DNA of 64,000 nucleotides from a virus (IMGVR_UViG_3300013121_000046); one strand, 5' to 3'. Positions 45,330 to 55,404 are shown, counted from the stretch's first letter. Numbers and translations: made by a program. The notes: generated from the letters alone by a model not told the origin.

Positions 45330-46217
45330 CTATTGAGAGTCATGTCCGGATTTTTCTTCTTTCGGAACACTAGAAACAAAGAAGGTCTTTTTTCTACCCC
45401 CTTCACCATAGATGGTTATCGGTCGATGCTTAGAGTCTGGGGCCTCATACTTTTGTTGCTTAACTGGACGAAGATCCTCAAAAGACCTAACATCCAACTT
45501 TGTTTGATGTTCAGCATAGACAGTATCATCCCCAACATGTTTACCCTGAAAGTAAGTTTTCTGCCAGGATTGCTGTGCCGCCTCACTACCTGGAATAGTC
45601 AAATCCGAATTGAACTTATCCCGAGACTTACTCCATGTCTTGTACTGCTTTGCTAAAACTGGATCGTCCTCCACCAACCTTAGTTCCGGTTTTAGAGATT
45701 CTGATAGACCTCGGGTCATCGGCACAATAACACACATAGGCTCCCCTGCCTCGAATATCACCTCTCCTGGTCGAGTGAACTTCCAGTTCATAGTAAAAGA
45801 ACTGGAAGCCCAGTCTGTTTCCACAACCCCTTCTAAGGCAGCTATACCATCCTTTGGAGAATTAGCCGGCCCCTTAACCCAAAGATTTACATTTTTGGGG
45901 GTCCGAAAAACATAACCAATGGAAAAGGTCAATACACCCCCACCGAAATGCGAAGTAGGTAGCTGAGATGCCTTATCCCAAAACCGTATCTTGATAGCCC
46001 CCTTATCCATCTTACCATTCCAATGGGCGGTGAAACTAGCCGGATTTAGTATCTCCCACCCTTCGAGGTTTGCTATATTCAACGGCAAACACCGATAGGG
46101 AACCCTCTCGTGAAATGCTTCCATCCAATATCGAGAAAGTTGGGCTGGACGAACCACCGGTGGTTCAGAGATCACCGCATAGGCAAATATTTTTTGCTCT
46201 CCGGAGGCATCAGACAT
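45330..46217 (-). CDS. DUF6065-like protein
   Basis: YRCLPLNIAN..GWEIL.P, SHFGGGVLTF, GP.N.PKDGI..LEGVVETDW...FTMNW. Confidence 0.8.
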   Translation of the reverse strand: MSDASGEQKIFAYAVISEPPVVRPAQLSRYWMEAFHERVPYRCLPLNIANLEGWEILNPASFTAHWNGKMDKGAIKIRFWDKASQLPTSHFGGGVLTFSIGYVFRTPKNVNLWVKGPANSPKDGIAALEGVVETDWASSSFTMNWKFTRPGEVIFEAGEPMCVIVPMTRGLSESLKPELRLVEDDPVLAKQYKTWSKSRDKFNSDLTIPGSEAAQQSWQKTYFQGKHVGDDTVYAEHQTKLDVRSFEDLRPVKQQKYEAPDSKHRPITIYGEGGRKKTFFVSSVPKEEKSGHDSQ

Positions 46218-47685
46218 TGAGTAGTTCCTTACTGGGGGCTTCTTCCTTAGACTTACTGACTTCCTCAGACTCCAATTTCTCCAATCGCTTAATCAATCTA
46301 GTTACCTCATCCACCAAGTACTTTTTATCCGCAACACTAACCCTTAATTCAAACTTCTCCAATTCTCTGACCCGATAGGTATCCTCTTCCCCATCGAAGG
46401 TGTACCCAGTGCCGGACTCTTCCTCGATCAAACCCAGAAGTAAACCCTGCTCATAGATCGAACTAGCCTGGCTCAACTGCGCCAAAGTTAGTCCCTTACC
46501 CAGCTTAAGCTCGAACTTTGTATCATTACTCATCATCCCAGTATCTATATCCAGAGTAACCACATTTAGCTGCTCCTTACCGATGGCTTCCGCCGAATCC
46601 CATTGTAGTACCTTCTTAAGGTACTCCTGGGCCTCTCGATCATCTCTCAAAGCGTCAATAAATTTCTTCTCCCCCTGAGATTTAAGCACCCGATGAGGCA
46701 TTTCTATCGAGTAGTAACCACCTCTTGCAGACTTCTGGATAAGAAACTTGCCCCCACCCAGGTCTTTAATTAGGGCTAACTCTACCAAAGTTCTCAGGGA
46801 ATCAATCCCTCGACCAAACTCAATGTAGAACAGCGCACTACGATAGGGCTCAGCACATTTGTTTTTCCAGGTTATAGCTCGTACCACACTAGCAAAAGGC
46901 CGAGACTCAATTTCCCCAGACATGGGGTTGGCAACCTCAGCAGCTAAGACTTTCTTTACCGCTAAACGAATTCGTAAAGAGCAATAGAAGGGTAGTGCTC
47001 TACCGCCAGGAGTAACATCCTTATCAGATCCGGGCAGGCCTGGGATTCCCTTATTATGATCGAACTTATTCATCGAGATATAGGCTCGAAGCTGATTCAA
47101 AAGTAAGAAAGTGGTATTATGATCTGCCGCATACTTCGACCACCGAGGCAACAGATCAGCAATTCCCCGAGCCTGTAGTCCTGGTTGTGGACTTGAATCT
47201 TCATCTCGTGACTCAAAGGCCTTCATCGGAGTCATGGCTGGAACAGAATCTACCACAATAATAGCCGGGCAAAGTTTCTTAGCGAACATCTCCCGAACAA
47301 CTTCGTCTCCCTGACCAATAGTATCCGGCCTAAAGACTAAAAAACGATTTTCAACTACGTACTTAGCCAACTGAAGAGTCTCTAAGTACTCTTTTGTGAT
47401 GGTTCTCTCATAATCCAAAATGACACAGAGAGAATCTGGGTTACGAGATAGCTCCTTTTCGCACAACTGTAAAGCAACGGTCGTCTTTCCAGACGACTCA
47501 TGCCCCGACAACTCCACAATCCGACCCCTAGGTATCCCCCCAACCCCGGTTATATAATCTAAGGGGGGACAATCCGTGGAAATCACCTCAACTTTTGTCG
47601 AGTTGATATCATGGAATATCTTCTGCTTGCCATAGAAGGAAATAAAGCTATCCAAGGCATTTCTATCAATCATTATTTTCCCCAA
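46210..47685 (-). CDS. recA: RecA/UvsX recombinase with C-terminal extension
   Basis: GGIPRGRIVELSGHESSGKTT, VVDSV, GLQAR, NQLR, TPGGRAL.FY, KNK. Confidence 0.95.
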   Translation of the reverse strand: MGKIMIDRNALDSFISFYGKQKIFHDINSTKVEVISTDCPPLDYITGVGGIPRGRIVELSGHESSGKTTVALQLCEKELSRNPDSLCVILDYERTITKEYLETLQLAKYVVENRFLVFRPDTIGQGDEVVREMFAKKLCPAIIVVDSVPAMTPMKAFESRDEDSSPQPGLQARGIADLLPRWSKYAADHNTTFLLLNQLRAYISMNKFDHNKGIPGLPGSDKDVTPGGRALPFYCSLRIRLAVKKVLAAEVANPMSGEIESRPFASVVRAITWKNKCAEPYRSALFYIEFGRGIDSLRTLVELALIKDLGGGKFLIQKSARGGYYSIEMPHRVLKSQGEKKFIDALRDDREAQEYLKKVLQWDSAEAIGKEQLNVVTLDIDTGMMSNDTKFELKLGKGLTLAQLSQASSIYEQGLLLGLIEEESGTGYTFDGEEDTYRVRELEKFELRVSVADKKYLVDEVTRLIKRLEKLESEEVSKSKEEAPSKELLNV

Positions 47686-49045
47686 GAATCGGCGTGACTA
47701 GTCCATTAAGAATAAAAGTTTCCCCCACTAGCCCAGACAAGACGGCATTGGGGGTACTATTTTTCTTTTTCTCTGTACCAATAACTCGATCAGTACTCAC
47801 CCCTGGAACACCCATATGATACAGAGTTTCCCAAGCTGCAATTGCATTCTTTGTTTTAGCCCAAGGTCGGATTTGTGCTGCCGCAGCACTTAAGTTCTCT
47901 GGAGAAATGTCCTCAGAATCAAAATCAACTCGGATTCCCAAAGACACTAGTAAATCTCTACCCTCTCGTAAGGGATTTACTAGTGTGGGGTGTGTAGGAA
48001 GTTCTTCCTTAACTGACCTTCCCCCCCAAAAGGGTGGGAGTTTAATACTTGAAAAGAATATCTTTAGCAGACTCTGATAATCTGCTTGCGACCTTAGGAA
48101 GAGTTTCCATCGAGGTTCCCCGAAAGTATTCAGGGTCGCATATCGACCCCACCGAACTCCAAAGTTCGCACAAACCAATTGGACCGTCTCACTAACTTCA
48201 CTATTTTCCAGTTCCAACTCAAAATCCCTAACCGTCCATTGACCATTGGCAAGCACTAATCCGGTAATCCAAGCTTTCTGAATTTCTTCTGTAGCCTCTC
48301 GAATGTACCGAGGAATTTTGTGGTTAGCCTCATGTACCAAAAACCTCATTTCAGAACGAATAACAGCTAGACCAGTGAACTTCATGTAGGCAGAGTTTGC
48401 AGCAAAAATAGATTGCTTTGTGGCGTCCAAAGCCCATTGGCGGACTCGGTTTCTCTGGATCGCGCTACTCGTAGGAAGGACGAGCTTATCACCCCGCAAT
48501 TCAGCCCCCACCAGAGCCCCGTAGAGGCTAGCCTCAGCCTCCGACACCTCGTCCCCCTCACCAAAGCACCGATGCCCCGCCTTGACTACCACGATCATAC
48601 CAGGGCGTAGGCTCTGGGCCTGGCACCAAGATCCATGCCCGGTCTTATTAAGGGTGAGTATCCGACTATCCGGAGTGGCCAAAATATTATGCCCACACTC
48701 CGTTCGCACCTGAGTCAGAAAACTATCGTTATAATGCAAACCTAAAGCCAGGGTCCGGGAATCCATACTCTGAATTGGTATTGCTGTAGGTCGCTTATCC
48801 GCAGTCAAAAATCGACCCAATTGGCCCTTAAGAATTTCTCCTTCAGAATTTCTAACCCAATAGGCCTCTGAAACTAGGTCTGACAATTTCAGTATTCCCC
48901 GATCAGGTGAAAACACATAGCTATCCAAGCTAAAGCCGGCTATTTTGAGTGTCGGACCCACCTGGACTCCCTTCCAAACTATGGGTGAAGGAAACTGATT
49001 ACCACTCTGAAGCACGCTTAGGCTTCGGACAAACTTTTTTACCAT
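47666..49045 (-). CDS. free-standing degenerate intein (Hint + LAGLIDADG) protein
   Basis: Block A-like FSLDSYVFSPDRGILKLSDL, block B-like TECGHNILATPDSRIL, SLRPGM, LYGALVGAE, AWITGLVLANG, block G-like TFILNGLVT without HN. Confidence 0.75.
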   Translation of the reverse strand: MVKKFVRSLSVLQSGNQFPSPIVWKGVQVGPTLKIAGFSLDSYVFSPDRGILKLSDLVSEAYWVRNSEGEILKGQLGRFLTADKRPTAIPIQSMDSRTLALGLHYNDSFLTQVRTECGHNILATPDSRILTLNKTGHGSWCQAQSLRPGMIVVVKAGHRCFGEGDEVSEAEASLYGALVGAELRGDKLVLPTSSAIQRNRVRQWALDATKQSIFAANSAYMKFTGLAVIRSEMRFLVHEANHKIPRYIREATEEIQKAWITGLVLANGQWTVRDFELELENSEVSETVQLVCANFGVRWGRYATLNTFGEPRWKLFLRSQADYQSLLKIFFSSIKLPPFWGGRSVKEELPTHPTLVNPLREGRDLLVSLGIRVDFDSEDISPENLSAAAAQIRPWAKTKNAIAAWETLYHMGVPGVSTDRVIGTEKKKNSTPNAVLSGLVGETFILNGLVTPILGENND

Positions 49046-49277
49046 TGGAGTCTACTCGATGCTGCTTCACCGGGAAACCACAAGTAGTGCAAACGTCTAA
49101 GGTTTCCTCGGAACTTGCCTTAACCGGCTCTATTACTTTCTTACGAAGCATTGTTCTGGACCCAGGAACCGGACATATTTTTCTACCTCGTACTGATTTA
49201 TGAAGCTTTCCGGGAAACCCACAGGACATACAGATATGCTGGTCAGCTTCATTCCCTGGGGCTGGTTTAGGAGGCAT
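48999..49277 (-). CDS. tandem CCHC zinc-finger protein
   Basis: CMSCGFPGKLH..GRKICP and CTTCGFPVKQH..GKKVCP. Confidence 0.75.
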   Translation of the reverse strand: MPPKPAPGNEADQHICMSCGFPGKLHKSVRGRKICPVPGSRTMLRKKVIEPVKASSEETLDVCTTCGFPVKQHRVDSNGKKVCPKPKRASEW

Positions 49278-49491
49278 TGAAATTCCTATCTTGCCACGAT
49301 TTCCAAGCCAAGGAGGCTCGAATTATTAGGTAGCACGACAAAGGGATTAACCCCCAAAGATTATTCTGGTAGGCCATCTGCAAATAAAAAATTTGGCCTA
49401 AAACACAAACCAACCAGCCGGAAGCTTTGTGCCTAGCTGTTAACTCCATTGAAAGGACTGTGCAAATAGCTGCTAACCAACTTATTAACAT
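49267..49491 (-). CDS. PnuC-like small membrane protein
   Basis: Three hydrophobic helices with L.A.K..GW..G...Y......WG...W..W pattern. Confidence 0.6.
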   Translation of the reverse strand: MLISWLAAICTVLSMELTARHKASGWLVCVLGQIFYLQMAYQNNLWGLIPLSCYLIIRASLAWKSWQDRNFNAS

Positions 49492-49492
49492 C

Positions 49493-49780
49493 CTAAAAAT
49501 TCCGAGCTATAAATCTACGCAATAAACGAGGATGCCTAACATTAGTTGACTCATCTAAAATGATTGCTGTGAGTAGCTTACGGTAGTCAGGCCCCAATTT
49601 TTTCTTGACATAGATAAAAAACTTTTTACGGAGTTTAGGGTTCTCACTCATCTCAGAGAGGAAGGGTCCCACGAAAGTATCCAAAAATTCCTCGGGAGGA
49701 TCCTTAAATATCTCGGGGTCTAAACCAAAGAGGGAGGCTAAAGGGGGATTCATTAGAAATTTTCTAGAGAAAAGCTTCAA
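49493..49780 (-). CDS. hypothetical protein
   Basis: 95-aa ORF. Confidence 0.55.
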   Translation of the reverse strand: MKLFSRKFLMNPPLASLFGLDPEIFKDPPEEFLDTFVGPFLSEMSENPKLRKKFFIYVKKKLGPDYRKLLTAIILDESTNVRHPRLLRRFIARNF

Positions 49781-50053
49781 ACTGGCCCAAATTTTGAACT
49801 ATCACAGGTAATCCTTCCCACGAACCACTTCCTACTAAGTCTCGAAAAATAACTGCCGCTTTACCCCGAGGGGTTCTCCTTAGATATACTACCAGAACTA
49901 ATAGCTTTCTACCACTTACTTGACAGAAATTTACCCCTAAGTTGTAGAACCAACCATACGGAGCGAGTATCCCCAATAATCGAGAGATGCTCTCAGCATC
50001 TTTCTTGGAAACACAGGGAACAGTTTTTTTTGACACAGGATCAAACCCAGGGG

Positions 50054-50470
50054 TTACTGCAATAGATGTAGAACCCAATCTACTGCCTCTCGGAGAACTG
50101 AAGTTTGAAACCAAGCTATTTCTCCAAGGATTTCTTGATCGTAGGGATTTCCTCCTAACTCTCTGCACACCACTATAGGTTTTCCTAAAGACTTAGCTAA
50201 AGAAATCTCTAATACGGTCCAGAGATCAATCTTTTTAGCCCCCAACAAATTAACAAGAAAGGCATCACATTTAGATATTTGCCATTGAGATACTCGGAGA
50301 AGACTACCGATTAAGGGGGAAGACCCCTCCTCATCCTCAACTTTTCCATAGGGCGAGACACAATTAAAATACTCTGGAACTAAACTTTCGACTTCTTCCT
50401 TCCAACCAGTAAGACCTGAGGGGTCTTTTATGTTTAATCCAGCTAGGTAAACAGTATATCCATGAGACAT
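50054..50470 (-). CDS. nucleoside 2-deoxyribosyltransferase-like protein
   Basis: VYLAG, CDAFLVNL, TVLEI.LA..LGKPIVV. Confidence 0.75.
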   Translation of the reverse strand: MSHGYTVYLAGLNIKDPSGLTGWKEEVESLVPEYFNCVSPYGKVEDEEGSSPLIGSLLRVSQWQISKCDAFLVNLLGAKKIDLWTVLEISLAKSLGKPIVVCRELGGNPYDQEILGEIAWFQTSVLREAVDWVLHLLQ

Positions 50471-50847
50471 AACACTAACTACCCTTTCTCAAGATAACTA
50501 AAATATTAGGTTAAGCCAAGGGTCATTGCAGGATTATGCTTAGACACTAATCCTCTGAGGTAGGCCAGGTCTCAGAGGAGATAAAATACATATATATGTT
50601 TGTGTTCTTCTTTTTTTCTGGAATTGATTGTTGAGGTTTTGGATAGGGTTGAGGTGGTGAGTGTTATAGCTACTAGGGTAAGCAAAGGCTGTCCAGCCAC
50701 GGTGGACTTCAGAATCCTTAATTTCTAGGTTACTCTGGAATAAAGATTCTGAAGGCTCTATAGGGTTTTTTTGCCTCCTGTCTGTGAGGCGGTTCTTTGG
50801 TCGATTGTCGAGTCGTTCTCCCGCTCGCCTAAAACGAAGTCAGAAAG

Positions 50848-51387
50848 TTAAGCTTTTTCTGAGAGTCTTAGGTATTCAGCGATTAGTAAGGCGTCGGCTA
50901 TCCCTTTCTGCTTGGCTTGAGCGAAGTTTGACCATGTGACTGATGGAAATCGGTTAAGAGCAACTCTTAAGCTCTCCTCCTTACCCAGGCCGGTTCCGGC
51001 TAGGAATTTTTTTTGCCAAGCTTGAGGTGTAACTTCTTGAAAAGGTATGTCGCAGCAGATCAGACCCATTTTTAATGCGACATAATTTCCCCCAAAGTTG
51101 AACATAGCAGTTACACCCTGCTTAGGCATGGCGTGAACTTTTTCAACACAGGCTCGAACTCTGTATCTTACTCGAAGTTCCCTTAGGGAGTCTCTTATCG
51201 CCAGTAAGTCCAGGGTACTTTTGTCTGACTTATTAGTTCGGATTTGTAGCGTTGGCATAGGAAGTACAAAAATGGCTGTACCCGCTCTATCCACCCCGGC
51301 TAGGGCACCACTTAGACCCGGGTCTAACCCCAAGTAAAGTTCCGAGGAGGGACTCTCGGGTAGAACCTCTGCTTGACCGGAAGTCAT
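50848..51387 (-). CDS. ruvC: RuvC-like Holliday junction resolvase
   Basis: GLDPGLSGA, VEKVHAMPKQGV, VTPQAWQK, ADALLIAEY. Confidence 0.9.
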   Translation of the reverse strand: MTSGQAEVLPESPSSELYLGLDPGLSGALAGVDRAGTAIFVLPMPTLQIRTNKSDKSTLDLLAIRDSLRELRVRYRVRACVEKVHAMPKQGVTAMFNFGGNYVALKMGLICCDIPFQEVTPQAWQKKFLAGTGLGKEESLRVALNRFPSVTWSNFAQAKQKGIADALLIAEYLRLSEKA

Positions 51388-51389
51388 TT

Positions 51390-51653
51390 TTATCCCTCAA
51401 GATTTCTTTCTTTTGTCTGATCCTTAACTCCCACCTTGTCTCGATCCGCAGCTAGTTTTATGGCTTGTGTAAAACACGCCCCAAACCAACCTATAGAGCC
51501 TATCAGCATAGCTAGCAGTACTATTACGGCCATACCCTTATCTAACTCATTCTCAAAATCCCTTTGGAGAATGATGAGTATTCCACTACTCAGGATACCG
51601 CAAATACTTAAACTTAAGATAGTCCCAGATACTAACAATTTGAATTGATTCAT
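51390..51653 (-). CDS. small 2-TM membrane protein
   Basis: Two hydrophobic helices and charged C-terminus. Confidence 0.65.
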   Translation of the reverse strand: MNQFKLLVSGTILSLSICGILSSGILIILQRDFENELDKGMAVIVLLAMLIGSIGWFGACFTQAIKLAADRDKVGVKDQTKERNLEG

Positions 51654-52080
51654 CTGATTAGTCCTATCCTTTTCCTTTAAGGAAATTTATGAAGCAGGTT
51701 TGCTGTGTTTTGCCAGAATTTTTTGAGCTAATGACAAACTGTAGCCGGTTCTGCTTGCAAAATTTTGACTGGAAAATAAACAATATTTGGGTTGTCATCA
51801 CTGGTCGGCTCTTGGGTATTTGTTTTGGTAATAAGGATCATATTTGGCAAAATATACTATGATTAATATACCTAACAACAACCCCAATATTACGTCTAAC
51901 ATAGTGTCTCCTTATGTAGTATACCACTATATGTTGTGGTTTTACCTATTTTAACATCACATGATGGGTTTGAGCGGTATTATGGTATACTCCTTAGTAG
52001 TAAAACTTTATTAACCTCCTATACATCTGAAAATCTTCATAATTGGGAAAATGGCCAAAAAACGTCAAATGTAATTAAAA

Positions 52081-52122
52081 AAATAAGAAGTAGCCTCGGT
52101 GAACCAAGACTACTTCTTATTT
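52081..52122 (-). terminator. intrinsic terminator
   Basis: AAATAAGAAGTAG.CT.GGT/ACC.AG.CTACTTCTTATTT. Confidence 0.8.
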
Positions 52123-52141
52123 ATTACTCACTTTGATCCCA

Positions 52142-52972
52142 CTAGATATTCAGTAAGGAACCATAGTCTTCCTCTGAACGACCTGGAGGGGTGCCTTGCC
52201 CAAATAAGGTGGCAATTTCTGGTACAGAGTAATCCTTCTGGGCCAACCCACGATAGATTTTCGCAAAAAGAGGTAAACCCTCACGAATAATCCTCCGCTG
52301 AACCTCCAAACCCCGAGATCTCCATAGACATTTGGGGGTATTGGAAACCTTCAGCCTTTCCATCTTACCAGAGGGTTCCATCCCCACGATATAGTCACTG
52401 AAAATAGGGGGGTACTGACTGTGTGATTCTTTGAAGGCCCTCATCTTAGCCTCTGTCAAATTCCAAATTTGAAGAGAGTAGTTGAAATCCAGCTTCCCAT
52501 CCGCAGTCACCTCAGGATTTGCCCTAGCTACCGGGTCCCCGTTTACATCCGTTTGATAGACAATGGCAATCAGACCGTATGCCATTGCTTTCTCTTTCGA
52601 CGAACGTTCGCAGCAACAAGCGCCCTCTGTCGCCTTGCAGAAGAACGGCCCAGAGTCATGCCAATGGATGTAGGCGGCCTCTACCTTGGAGTAAAGGTAC
52701 CCCTCTTCACCCTTATCGTTCGTCCACTTCTGTGTAGAGGGGGCTTCTCTCTCCAAGCCCTTTTGGATCAACTCGTGCATTCGCTTCCGTTGGGCAGCCT
52801 CTGCGGCAACCTTAGGGTCCTTCTTAGCCAATTCCTCCATTTCAGGGGAAACAGTCAAATCTGCTAAGCTAATGAAGCCTGGCAGAATAGATATCCGATT
52901 CTTAACATTCAGGGCCGGCTTAAACCAACCCGAACCACCACTACCAACTGTCGGATCATCAAGAATATACAT
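52142..52972 (-). CDS. probable single-stranded DNA-binding protein (gp32-like)
   Basis: WFKP..NRISILP, H/C zinc cluster IHWH...FC...CCC, IVY.TD..G; position in the replication block. Confidence 0.55.
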   Translation of the reverse strand: MYILDDPTVGSGGSGWFKPALNVKNRISILPGFISLADLTVSPEMEELAKKDPKVAAEAAQRKRMHELIQKGLEREAPSTQKWTNDKGEEGYLYSKVEAAYIHWHDSGPFFCKATEGACCCERSSKEKAMAYGLIAIVYQTDVNGDPVARANPEVTADGKLDFNYSLQIWNLTEAKMRAFKESHSQYPPIFSDYIVGMEPSGKMERLKVSNTPKCLWRSRGLEVQRRIIREGLPLFAKIYRGLAQKDYSVPEIATLFGQGTPPGRSEEDYGSLLNI

Positions 52973-53121
52973 AACTTACTCCCAAAAAGGTATTAGACCC
53001 TCATTTTTAGTCGGAGACTGAATCTAATTAGATTCTTTGTCTTTGACCCACATCTGATGCCAAGGGCAAACATCAAAAGTGTACTGAGTCTCAACCTATT
53101 AAGTTGAGTTATCTGTTATAG

Positions 53122-53766
53122 CTATTCCCGAAAGTTTCCAGTGTCTAACGCACTAAAAACGGCTGGGGAAATATCTTCAGAAGAGTGGGTGGGCTTCTTC
53201 TTAGGGGGTCTACCTGGGCCTCGACTAAGACCTAGGGCCTTAAGCTCTAATCCAATAGCAGCATTCTGAAGCCGTATGGCTGAATCTTTCTTACCCAAAG
53301 TTTCAATTTTTGTTTGAATAGCCTTATCTAAAAGACTAAGCTCTACTAACTCATTCTCAGTCTTCAACATTCTTTGTTCAAATGTATCCTGAGCCTGCTC
53401 TAACTCAGCAACGGTCTTACCCTCATTACTTGCTATATTCTGTGTTAAGTAAGTATTGGCTTGAAGTTCTGCCTTTGCCCATAATAATCTTTGGGTCAAC
53501 CCTACACGATCCGCTGTAGGCATATTAACAGCGAAGTGACGTACTGCCTCTTCCCACATAGTTTTCAACTGAATCTTCAATACTTTTCTGGCGGCTAACT
53601 CCTTTTTAACTTCTACATTAAGGCTATTGCAACTTTCTAAGGATGCCTGAACCTGAGCTATTTTTTCACAGATATAAGTAGCAGACTGTGTTCGAGGATC
53701 TGAGTGAAGGGGCACATCAACAGAGGTTAAAGCTTGGTATATCTCAGCAACTCGTTCTGGTGTCAT
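53122..53766 (-). CDS. coiled-coil protein with AT-hook-like C-terminus
   Basis: Long heptad helices; RGPGRPPKKK. Confidence 0.65.
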   Translation of the reverse strand: MTPERVAEIYQALTSVDVPLHSDPRTQSATYICEKIAQVQASLESCNSLNVEVKKELAARKVLKIQLKTMWEEAVRHFAVNMPTADRVGLTQRLLWAKAELQANTYLTQNIASNEGKTVAELEQAQDTFEQRMLKTENELVELSLLDKAIQTKIETLGKKDSAIRLQNAAIGLELKALGLSRGPGRPPKKKPTHSSEDISPAVFSALDTGNFRE

Positions 53767-54076
53767 CTTGGGACTCCAAAGGCTTGCGGGTCAGACTGGA
53801 GATAATTACATCATACTCGACGATGGCTAATTTCTCCCGATCCGGTGGGGCAATCCCCCTGGCAGCTAAATCTGCCATTAATAGCTGTTGCAAATTCTTA
53901 CGGACTTTGACCGCAACAAGCTTAGCCTCTTCCGGTGACCAAACTTCGCCCTGATTACTCGGGACAACAGTCATGCTGACCTTAGACCCGGAAGATTCCC
54001 CTGAGATATCTTGAGATCGCCAACCCTTATATTCAGCAGATACCTCAATTTGTTGTACTGAAAAACCATTTGTCAT
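53744..54076 (-). CDS. hypothetical protein
   Basis: 110 aa, ATGA coupling to groES. Confidence 0.65.
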   Translation of the reverse strand: MTNGFSVQQIEVSAEYKGWRSQDISGESSGSKVSMTVVPSNQGEVWSPEEAKLVAVKVRKNLQQLLMADLAARGIAPPDREKLAIVEYDVIISSLTRKPLESQDDTRTSC

Positions 54077-54492
54077 CCTGTGAAATCCCCAGATAACAGT
54101 CTTTCCTTTAACTCCGCATCTATGATTCTACAGACCACATCCCGCTCTCGAATTAAATAAATCTTACCAAGATCGTCCCCAATATCCCGTAACCCCAACT
54201 CCCGATAAAATTCACTAGTCAACTCTAGCCCAGCAGCGCCAGAGAATAGCACAATATCTCCCGGAATTACATCCATCTTCTTCTGTGACCCATCATCAAA
54301 GTACCGCCCTTCTCCTACCGCCAAAACGTATCCTTTGGTAACCAACTTCGCTCTCTTTTCATCCGAGGCTAAAATAATTCCTCCAGCAGTCTTACGAGTT
54401 TCGATATGCCGAATCAATAAAGAGTCATCACAGCACTTAAGTTTTCCGGAGAAAACGCTGATTTCCTCAAGGTAGCCATCTTTCTTAGCCAT
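54073..54492 (-). CDS. groES: co-chaperonin GroES (gp31-like)
   Basis: KTAGGIIL, GYVLAVGEGR, V.PGDIVLF, LIRERDVV. Confidence 0.92.
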   Translation of the reverse strand: MAKKDGYLEEISVFSGKLKCCDDSLLIRHIETRKTAGGIILASDEKRAKLVTKGYVLAVGEGRYFDDGSQKKMDVIPGDIVLFSGAAGLELTSEFYRELGLRDIGDDLGKIYLIRERDVVCRIIDAELKERLLSGDFTG

Positions 54493-54509
54493 CAGATTGT
54501 CCTTGGTTT

Positions 54510-54929
54510 CTACGGTTCAGGTATTAACTGAAGTTTGTCTTTAGGTATAAAACCCATCAAGAATCTTGGGGGTGTTCCATTATACTGAGCATCGGGAATC
54601 AAGACGGGAACTTCGTCCTCGCTTTGAGGTAATGCCCGATACAAATTTTGACCTATGGTGAATACATGTCCAGAAGAAAACTTCTTTGGGGTACAACCAA
54701 CCATAATCTCAACATCTTCAAGTAGAGTCACCCTACTCTGATAGCAAAACAGTTCCCCTCGACTCTCTTGTCTGGTAACTATAGCTACCGAGTATAAAGT
54801 GCGACACAGTGGACAGCGAAAAGAGTTCCCAGAAATACTTACCGAAGACTGCTGTCCACAACAAGAAAAAGTAATCGTCCCCTCTACATTTGGGGGTATT
54901 ACAGTGGTAGAATTAGGATCTTTTGGCAC
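54510..54929 (-). CDS. Zn-ribbon protein
   Basis: CCG ... CPLC. Confidence 0.6.
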   Translation of the reverse strand: MPKDPNSTTVIPPNVEGTITFSCCGQQSSVSISGNSFRCPLCRTLYSVAIVTRQESRGELFCYQSRVTLLEDVEIMVGCTPKKFSSGHVFTIGQNLYRALPQSEDEVPVLIPDAQYNGTPPRFLMGFIPKDKLQLIPEP

Positions 54930-55404
54930 GAGATTTTGTTGCCTTTGAAGATTTCACAGTTGAAGTCTTCTTTGCTTTTACCTTAGAGGCCGACTTAGTT
55001 TCCCTTGTAGTCTTAGTTACTTTTTTCGTGACCTTCTTGTCCTTAGCCTTCTCTGAAAACTTTCGCAAATTATCCTCAATAACTTTCTGCTCCTCTCTAA
55101 GAGCCAGCATTCCACTCAACACACCCTCTACTCGACCTAAGGAGATGAGGCTCTTGTGAAAAACCTCCATTGTTTGTTGAGTACAATTCGCTGTCCAATC
55201 CTTACCGGCCTCAACAACCCTGGATCTTAGCATTATATACAAAGGGATAATGTATTGAAGAATCTCAGGGGAATTCTCTATGTCCTTCTGGGTCTCTGCA
55301 ATTAAATCTGAGATATCATCTGTCACACGTTTCTTGTATACGGCTTCCGCCGCATTGAAAAATTGAGTCATCGAAGGGTAAACAAGTAACAACTTTTCAG
55401 ACAT
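54913..55404 (-). CDS. hypothetical protein with Lys/Thr/Ser-rich basic tail
   Basis: KKVTKKVTKTTRETKSASKVKAKK... Confidence 0.7.
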   Translation of the reverse strand: MSEKLLLVYPSMTQFFNAAEAVYKKRVTDDISDLIAETQKDIENSPEILQYIIPLYIMLRSRVVEAGKDWTANCTQQTMEVFHKSLISLGRVEGVLSGMLALREEQKVIEDNLRKFSEKAKDKKVTKKVTKTTRETKSASKVKAKKTSTVKSSKATKSRAKRS

